Assembly (NCBI GenBank): GCA_951406725.2
Contig: OX597816.1
Span: forward strand, 79,980,001-80,044,000
Source of the DNA: Octopus vulgaris
Taxonomy: Eukaryota
Length of the DNA stretch: 64,000 nucleotides
Direction of reading: 5' to 3'
The notes under the pieces were generated by a model. The model ran no database searches, was not told the DNA's origin, and was given only the letters and a program-made list of their open reading frames with translations. The translations under genes were made by a program, and so were the position numbers. Every line of letters begins with the position of its first letter. Position 1 is the stretch's first letter. This document shows, piece after piece, positions 54,175-64,000 of this stretch.

Positions 54175-54335
54175 GGGGACAAACAAGGACAGACAAAGGG
54201 ATTAAGTCGATTACATCGACCCCAGTGCGTAATTAAGTACCAGTTACGCACTGGGGTCGATGTAATCGACTTAATCCCTTTGTCTGTCCTGGTTTGTCCC
54301 CTCTATGTTTAGCCTCTTGTGGGTAGTAAAGAAAT
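54175..54335 (+). mobile_element. SINE family B 3' part with a 60-bp foldback at its 5' end
   Basis: 54175-54234 is a near-perfect reverse complement of 54242-54301. Confidence 0.8.
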
Positions 54336-55529
54336 ATATATATATATATATATATATGGCCTGCTTCTTTCAGTTTCCGTCTACCATATCCATCCACAAG
54401 GCCTTATTTAACTCCAGGCTGCAGTAGTAGCGACTTGCTCAGGGTGCCACGCAGTGGGACTGAACTAGGAAGTATGTAGGTGAGAAGCAAACTTCTTACT
54501 AGACAAGCCATTTCAGAATAGTGGGAATTTTACCGGTCTGTTAAATTATAAGGCACAAAAAGAAAATGGCCCTCCCCAGACACAACAGAATATGCTTCAA
54601 CGCACGAACTCACATAAAGAATCTTGCAGACCAAATCCAAAAACAAAATAGTAATACAGATGTATATAGAGAGAGTATTAATGAGTTTTATAATATACTA
54701 TGGTAATTAAAGTTTTATAAGATGCTATGCTAATTGAAGTTGTGCTGATAAGATATCCGGAAACTGACAACTCTCCGATCCCCGTGGTGCCAGATGGCTG
54801 GTGGGGGTATTGAATTTGTGTGTGTGTGTGTGTGCGTGTGTGTGTGTGTTTGTGTGTTTGTATAAGCCGCATGTTTCTGAGTGAAGTAGAGCATCTAGAG
54901 TTCTGTGGTTTTCTTCTTATTAGCAAGCATGGTGAAGTATAACCGCTGCGGCTGGGGATTGAAACTGCAATTTGGTATCAGTGAGTTAAGAGCTTACTTC
55001 ATGCTGCTACTATGTCTGTCTTCCAAGGTAAATACTGTCATTAGAAGTAACATAGGTGACTACTCATAAAATATGGCCCTCTTTCGCATATCTTTGTTTC
55101 CATAGCAACCCAATGATAAGATAAGACAACAGCTTGGATTCTCCGCCCTCACCCACACCTCTCCCTTTCTGAATTAGTGACCATCAAGCTGAGGTAAAAA
55201 GTGGTGGAAATGTATTTGTGATGTCGATGGTAATAGAGGAAGTGGTGGTGAGTTTGTGGAAACGGTGGTGTCAAAGGTGGAGATGTGTTAGTGGTGGTGG
55301 TGGTGGTGGTGGTGGTGGTAGGTTTAGTTGTTTGTTGAACTGTGGAGCCACTCCCTGTCTCTACTGATTTACAGTACAGCTTGCTGTCACCAGTGAAAAC
55401 TATATAATGGAAAAAGAAAAAAAGAACAATCCACCAAGATTAAGATATCTGTGTAAATGCGTGCACCGATAAATATCATGTGGGTATATATATATATATA
55501 TAATTCGTTGCTAAACCCTTTATTGCTTA

Positions 55530-55622
<93 letters not shown>

Positions 55623-55673
55623 TGTATGTATGCATGTATGTATGTATCTATATATGTATGTATTTATATATAT

Positions 55674-55752
<79 letters not shown>

Positions 55753-57019
55753 AGTGTGTCTGTGTATTTATATGTTTGTATGTATGTAAGTGTGCATGTA
55801 TGTATCTATGTGTGTGCGTGTGTTTGCATGCACACACACACACGTTTAGTGTCGTCTATCGGAAGAGTACGCGATACTATTGTAGATATTAATAATATAC
55901 GGCTTTACCCGGACATAAAACCAAATGACATCGAAATTCTGACTCAAGAATTCGACGCTTGTTATTGATGGGACAAACACGTGTTTCTTTCACTCGAAAA
56001 TTTTTTTCTAAATTTTTCTAAATGGTAAACCATTCTCCTACTCTGTATACTGTAAACAAGATCATATGAGCAGACTTCATAAGCGTCAGGGTCAGAAATA
56101 CATATAGAAGACATGAATTCTGCATACAAGGGGATACCCAAAAGTAGTTCTCTGTAGGACAAGCCCAGTGTAGGTCAAGCTTCCGCCACTTGATGCAACG
56201 CTCAGGCATCAGTCTGCTGACCGGTATCTGAAGTCGTGCTGCTACGTGGTGCATGTTTGTTTTGCAGTGCTTCTTCCCTGTTCGTCGATTTTGCCGTGGT
56301 TGAAGCGAAGAGATTGCGTGGTTCCGGGATCTAGTCTTTCTCATTCGCAAAATGAGCCCCCTTAATTTTGCTCAGATTGCTTTCAATTTTGATGTATCGA
56401 TGCAACTCTGAATTTTGATTACAACCAACCAATTACTTTATCTCGTAAATTAAAGAATCTGATGTTATTTGGAATTAAAGTTGGGAAATTTGGGCAATTT
56501 TACCCAATCAAGACAATGTAGCATTAGCAGCTAGTTACCATGACAACTGCACGCTGTGTTGTGGTTCACTGTTGTCTGTGCCGTTATTGTCTACGTTGAT
56601 TTTTCACACATAATATTTTTACATATTTTTCATTTCATATATTTTCGGGACTCATTGACTCAGATAGCTGGATTTATGATTTAACTGGGTTAATTTTATT
56701 CATAAACATTTTAATTAGGAGTATTTCTTAAACCGTTAGCTTCACATTTCAACAGCTTGACTAAAATTTAGCATACGTAACAGGAACTGAGAAGGATATC
56801 GTGGAACAGAGAAACTGTGGGTGATACAGATAATTTGACATTATTTTTTAATTCTACATGCAAAAACATATGATACAGGTATTCTTCTCCTTGGGAGAAA
56901 TTCTTTGTTGACCAATGTTATTCTTATCGTAGTTTACAAATCCAAGCATGAAAACGTTACTCAACTTTGGAGTTTTGGAGACAGACGCCTTTTCATACAC
57001 ACGCACACATGCACTTATA

Positions 57020-57269
57020 TATTAATGATGTTCTCATGAATAAAGTCCTTGAAGAAAAATGTTTTGTAGATGTGGAAGAGGTGAAGAAAAAAGGACGGAG
57101 GCGTTAAAAGGTATCACTTCGCAAGAGTTCTAGGACTGCTTCGAACAGTGGAAAATGCGTCTGGATCGATGCATTGCTTCAAATAGAGAATACATTGAAG
57201 GTGATAAAAGTGCAAACATGTAAAACTAAGTGAATAAAATAATATTGTAAAATTCCCGTTTCTTTGGAG
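57020..57269 (+). mobile_element. Mariner transposase C-terminal relic
   Basis: VEEVKKK..EALKGITSQEF*DCFEQWKMRLDRCIASNREYIEGDK across a frameshift. Confidence 0.75.
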
Positions 57270-57627
57270 TATTGTAATTGACATTTTCGAGTGGTGGAAT
57301 GTTAGTGTAGAAGATCGAAGCGATGGTGAAACCGTTTCATGTATAACGGAAGTCAATCAACATACATATAATTTTATTTTAGGTTGAGTCAGTCTCCGCT
57401 ACATTGAGTTTCACATGTGGGTGAACAGGGTTTTCGGATAAGTTACGAGATGTTACTTGCCTATAGGCCTAGTGCACCCACAGATGAAATTCAGCATAGC
57501 AGAGTCTGACACGTCCCATATAAAATCGTATGCATGTCGATTAACTTCCACTATTCGTGAAACGGTTTCACCATCGCTCCGCTCTTCTACATCAACATTC
57601 CACCACTCGAAAATATCAGTTACAGTA
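57270..57627. mobile_element. MITE with about 155-bp imperfect TIRs and TA flanks
   Basis: 57270-57426 is an imperfect reverse complement of 57472-57627. Confidence 0.7.
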
Positions 57628-58823
57628 TTATATTCAAATATACTGATACACATATACAGGATTCGTGTCTTTTTCTATACTTATTGCCGATCCTGACAAT
57701 TATGAAGTTTGCCTGTATGACCCTGTTCACAGAGTACAGAGCAGGATGGCGGTTTAGCATTTAGAAACATTTCGAGAAAATTTTCCAGTGAAAAAAATCG
57801 ACTTTGTCCCTTCAGTAACAGGCATCGAATTCCTGAGCCAGAATTTCCGTATCATTTGGTTTTATGTCCAGATAAAGCCATGCTTGGTCAAGATTTGAAA
57901 TATGTCTGGCTACAACAGAATAAAGATAATGAAGATCTTCCTTCTGGGAGTCTCGAGGTACTCGATACGAATTTGTAATTAAACTTAGGGGAAGATTAGG
58001 AAGCGGATTCTGATCAGAGGTTTTTCAAGCTTGGTGCTGGAAGAATTGCAGGGAATCAGTCTTTGGTGGATAACAACTAGTCTGAACAAATTTAACAGCG
58101 GTGCATCAGCAAGGCCGCAGCTCTGAGCTGAAACTAGAAAGAAAAAAAAACAGTCAAGAGAATTTACCAGTCGATCAATTTAGTTCAATAGCATCGGAAG
58201 GAATTGAACGAAGAAAAGACATGAAATCAGCAGTTTCTGTTGTTAGAGCAATAGGATCTTTGACATTAGTCTAAAGTGAATGGGACGAAATCAGAGAAAC
58301 CTCGTGTTCATCAGACTGTGACAGAAAATGCCTCAACTGTGAAATCAACCAATTTATCTGTATCTGCTATAGTAAAATTTGGATATGTGGTGTGAATCAA
58401 AATTGTAAAAGAAAGAAAGCCAAAACAAAGAATGCCTGTGCCAGAACAGTGATTAAGTAGAACCACCTACCCCTATGTCGACTGAAAATGAAGACAAAAC
58501 AATTCCCATATTTGGAAGTAACTTCGTTGGATTAACATATTGGAAGAACGAGAGTCTGCTGGATTGTCAGCTGATAAATACCAGATCACCAAAATAACAA
58601 TGAAAGAAACGTTATGTAAACAATTAGAAGCCCTGGAATTAAGAAATAATCGAAGACTAGCGAAGCCTTAACTGCCGTAATACTTTAAATTAATAGATTC
58701 AAACTTATTCTATTTTTCTTTATAAATATGTATTTATAAATATGTATATATACATATAAAAATTCAGGGTGAATACTTGATAGTTGTAAGCACCTGTATA
58801 TGTCCTTGAAGTAGTAATTGTAC

Positions 58824-58911
58824 GCGGCTGACGAAGGCCATAGACACACATTTACATTAATTATGCATTGTTATAAAACCGTCTAATAAAGGCCCAAAAC
58901 ATATGTACCGC
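58824..58911 (+). ncRNA. Hammerhead ribozyme with long stem II; GAAA damaged
   Basis: gcgg-CTGACGA-a-ggcc...ggcc-caaaac-atat-GTA-ccgc, with palindromic stem III ACATATGT. Confidence 0.6.
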
Positions 58912-58941
58912 TAAATCCTTTGAATTATGTTTTTATTTTGA

Positions 58942-58974
<33 letters not shown>

Positions 58975-58978
<4 letters not shown>

Positions 58979-59291
58979 GCAGTTTGGAAGGTGTTTGTAA
59001 GCCATTTAAGAAACACACAAAAGCCTTTCGATTCACTTCAACATTTAAGTTTAATTTGTCAAAATATTTTCGTCGCTAAAATCCGCTCAGATGCAGCACG
59101 GATTTTTGTCAGTGAACAGGTCGCGGATTTTAGCGAAGAAAATATTTTGACAAATTAAACTTAAATGTTGAAGTGAATCGAACGGCTTTTGTGTGTTTCT
59201 TAAATGGCTTACAAACACCTTCCACGCTGCAATTGTTTTTGTTCCAGCACACGATCTCAGATCAAATCACTTGCCATGCGAGTACATCTCC

Positions 59292-59292
<1 letters not shown>
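58975..59292. mobile_element. PLE-type terminal fragment with a 112-bp foldback, in (TA)n
   Basis: 58975-59086 pairs with 59123-59234. A hammerhead-shaped motif with an atypical core lies at 59105-59154. Confidence 0.6.
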
Positions 59293-60427
<1,135 letters not shown>

Positions 60428-60979
60428 CAGCGAAATTTCGTCTCTTTTCAAGTTCCGAATTCAAATTCCGTCTCTTTTCACCACGTTCTGAGTTCAAATT
60501 CCGCTAAAGTAGAATCTGCCTTTCATCGTTTCGGGGTCACTAAAATAAATACCAGTTGATCTCTGGGGTCGATGTGATCAACTAGCCCATCTCTCCAAAT
60601 ATTTCAGGCCTTGTGCCAATGATAGAAAGAGTTATATAGTCACAGACAATAGATGTACGCGGCAGATTTCTCTCTTAACAAATATCAGAATCACCATATA
60701 TGGCATGCACTAAGAAAGTGAGGACAATCGATAAATACGAATTCAGTAACAAACAATAAAGTAAATACAATAAAGTGAAAAACTAAAAGACAAAATAAGA
60801 AAAAATAAGTTTATCATAAAAATTTGTTTCCTAAAGATTCATCTGACTATTACGTTGTGTCTAAATGAATAAATTATGATGAAGAAAACAGAGTGAGATA
60901 ATAAAATAAAAGACTAAATAAGCAAGCAAATAGAATGAAATGTATACAGAGAAATGAAGGAAAAACAAATAGGGTTTAA

Positions 60980-61192
60980 CACTTTAACATTTAAACCGGC
61001 CGTATATGGATCAAATATTCTACTTCTTTTACGTTCAAACTGACCGGAGCTGGTTTCTAATCTTACAATGTCATTTTAAAAATAGGAATCACATATCTGA
61101 AAATTCAACACTGCAAGATGACGTATGATTAGTTCACAACAATGTGAATAAATAAGCATTACATTTGACAAAGAAATCTAAATTCTACAGGG
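60980..61192. mobile_element. piggyBac-type MITE
   Basis: TTAA at 60976-60979 and 61193-61196 flank the imperfect TIRs CACTTTAACATTTA / TAAATTCTACAGGG. Confidence 0.6.
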
Positions 61193-61944
61193 TTAAAGAT
61201 CGACAGAGGAGACTTGGCTTCTTAAAGACCATGTTTTTTATGTTTTAGTCGAGGTACTTAGGTGCATAGCAAGACGACCTAAACAACTGGAATTTCACGC
61301 ACTACTTATTAAAGACAGACATGTCATTCTAAGACCTTTGATAATGGCACTAATATATAAAAGCATACACCTAATATTAATATTCCCAGATACACCCATA
61401 CACATGCATTCACATACACACGCCCTCTCTCGTTCTCTCTCTCTCTCTCTCCCACCAGTTCGGACACAAAATAATTATATTAAATAGTAATTTCATAAAT
61501 AGTAATTCATCATTTTGTTTACGTGACCGAATCAGTCTATATCATTATTTGCGTATATATACACATACATATTCATACCTATGCAGGGGATATTCACATA
61601 CATACATACATACATACATACATACATACATACATACATACATACATACATACATACATACATACATCGATTCATGGCCTATCAAGTTATTTCACAATCA
61701 ATCGTAAATATTAGGATATACTACATTATAGTTAAGATTATATATTATGTAAATGAAGATGACAAGCTAAAACTGAGGAATCATATATAATAAAAAAAAG
61801 CACAAGAAACAAATCTGGAAATAAATCAAAGGGGTTACATTTTAATTAACTGGCAGTATCATTAGAGCACATGGTTTACGTTAATAGTTTAGTTATTACT
61901 GAAATATAGAGGGGAGCATCAGTATATAATAATAATATGATAAT

Positions 61945-62260
61945 GAAATTATTGTATACAATGCTCAGGTGCACCACAACTTGTCAAAAGTGCGTTTAAA
62001 GCATATGCAGTAATGTACAAATGTCTGGAAAGCGAACAGTGTATGAGTCAGATACATGCTTGTACGTGTAAGGAGGGGAGAAAATCAGGTGTAGTGTTGG
62101 CGAATCTCAGGAAGCATGGAAGTTTTGAAGGATGCAGTGCTCCGACAACAAACAACTGATGCCGGCAGTTTGTTCCATGCTAAAGTAACTCTTAGCGTGA
62201 AAAGTGTTTCCGAAAGTCATGGGAGCTGTGCTATTTTATGACTTTGTAAACATGTCCACG
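61945..62260 (-). mobile_element. CR1-group LINE 3' end
   Basis: RGHVYKV...RKHF..RV..AWNKLPASVV...ASFK, then a 3' UTR and an (ATT)-rich tail. Confidence 0.75.
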
Positions 62261-63016
62261 GATTATACTCGAGGATTTACATGTGCGGATTATACTCGAG
62301 GATTTACATCCAGCAAGTGGATACAAGGAACTATTTCTAAAATTGCAGAGTTCGTTTACTCGACTGGTTGCATTAGGATTATTGCTTATTGTTGTACTAC
62401 GATGTGTGTTATTTTCCTGATTTTTAGATCTCGGTGGATAAATGCTATTGTTTAGATTGTTAATTTGGGGGATTTTACAATTAGAGGATAAACTGTCTAA
62501 TCTTATATTGTTGAATCTTAGCTATGTATTGGGCAATATTAAATGTTGGGGCGTTGACCAGCTTCACAGAGCGTCTGTTAAAATCTTCCAGTATGAGCTA
62601 GATGTAAAGAAATGCTTTTCTAAAGCTTTGGAAAATTCGACAGTTATGTTGGTTGCTAAATTTAATGTGCATGATGGATTAAACCACACCATGCTTCTCT
62701 TACATAATCGTCTATAATTTTTTATTTCTGCCGTATTAGTTCGAGTGGGATTATAGGTAAGGTGTGTCTGTCTTTACTTTAGGCTCATCGGTTAATTATT
62801 TTCTATTTCCACCTTCGAGGCTTAATTGCTACTCGAGAATTAATATATTTTGGCCTAAACGTTTCTACATTATTTTCCCTGCAATTATTGCCGCAGTTTA
62901 TTGTTTTCCAATTGTCCTTTCTACTTGAGCTATCATTTTTGCCTAGTTAATTATTAACATGGTTTCTACCTTTCGTATAATCATCCTCATCATCATCAGT
63001 AGTAGTAGTAGCAGCG

Positions 63017-63086
<70 letters not shown>

Positions 63087-63446
63087 TAGTGGTGGTGGTG
63101 GTGGTGGTACAGCTGTTATAATCAGCATTCGTCGTGTTGAAATACCTTTCATTTTAACAACAAATAGGATCCAAAGTTTTCATGCACTTGTGTCTAGCTA
63201 TAGTATCGTGGTTAATATGCTACTTAATATAATTTTGCTATTAATATTTATCTTCCTACAATGATATCCATTATTATTATTATTATTGTTGTTGTTATTA
63301 TTATTTTTTTTCCTTCTTTCTTCAAATTTTCTTCCGTTTCTCGCCGAGTATTTTCCATACACCTAGGGTAGAGAAGCTCATTGTATGCATTCCCAGATTA
63401 CACACGCAAATTCACAGGTAAAATATGTATTTAAAAAATAAATAAA

Positions 63447-63489
<43 letters not shown>

Positions 63490-63492
<3 letters not shown>

Positions 63493-63695
63493 TAGTTTTA
63501 TTTTTATAGCGTGCTTTCACTTCACTACCGAGCGCAGCTCTGTGTGCCTTGGGTATGTGCTGTGATTTGTTGTGATGCTCTGATGGTTATTGTATGGAAA
63601 GTGTTCTGCGTAGGATGTGTGCAGTGCCTAGTAGTGCAATTTTCTGTATGTTATATGTGTTTGTAAGTCCTGGTGTTTTTGTTATGTATTTGTCT
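63490..63695 (-). mobile_element. Dong/R4-clade LINE 3' end embedded in (TAA)n
   Basis: The C-terminus IQKIALLGTAHILRRTL* is typical of R4/Dong. (ATT)n lies on both sides. A second probable 3' UTR fragment starts at 63750. Confidence 0.75.
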
Positions 63696-63708
63696 ATTAT
63701 TATTATTA

Positions 63709-63750
<42 letters not shown>

Positions 63751-64000
63751 TATGTTTGACTTTTGCTTTATATTTGTACAAGTTGGCTCCAAGTCTCACC
63801 CAGAGACCTCAAGAGACAACAGGGTTGTAAGTTCATGTTGTTGTTATGCCTAGTGTGCCATATATTTGGGGGGTGGGGATGTTGTACTAATGAATGTCTA
63901 AAAGAAAAAAAAAAAAGGTTTTTTTTTTTTTTTTTTTTTTTAAACCGAAAATTATGTTTGTTTTAAACCTTGAGATTACATAGAGAGTATTTTGCGTAGG

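Overview
AT-rich, microsatellite-saturated eukaryotic (animal) non-coding DNA. The SINE families and the (TA)n/(CA)n/(TAGA)n load suggest an octopus or other cephalopod genome (inference). No intact host protein-coding gene is visible, and most ORF-track entries are translations of microsatellites. The window is a nest of transposon relics: a long L1/Tx1-clade LINE, RTE, CR1-like and Dong/R4 LINE fragments, Tc1, maT (DD37D) and mariner relics, Helitron and piggyBac-type non-autonomous elements, three SINE families and several Penelope-like elements (PLEs). The most notable signal is RNA-structural. Roughly ten minimal type-I hammerhead ribozyme motifs (some with damaged cores) lie in PLE-type termini inserted in (TA)n. 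In addition, a NON-circularly permuted (strand order C-B-A, pseudoknotted) hammerhead-like motif with a shared 2-nt core insertion occurs in two sequence-divergent repeats (44537-44607 minus; 20757-20828 plus), with truncated copies at about 45385-45434 and 54132-54174. One copy of the carrier element ends 5 nt from the predicted cleavage site. The window is also unusually rich in local inverted duplications. All ribozyme calls come from manual base-pairing inspection and have not been tested.
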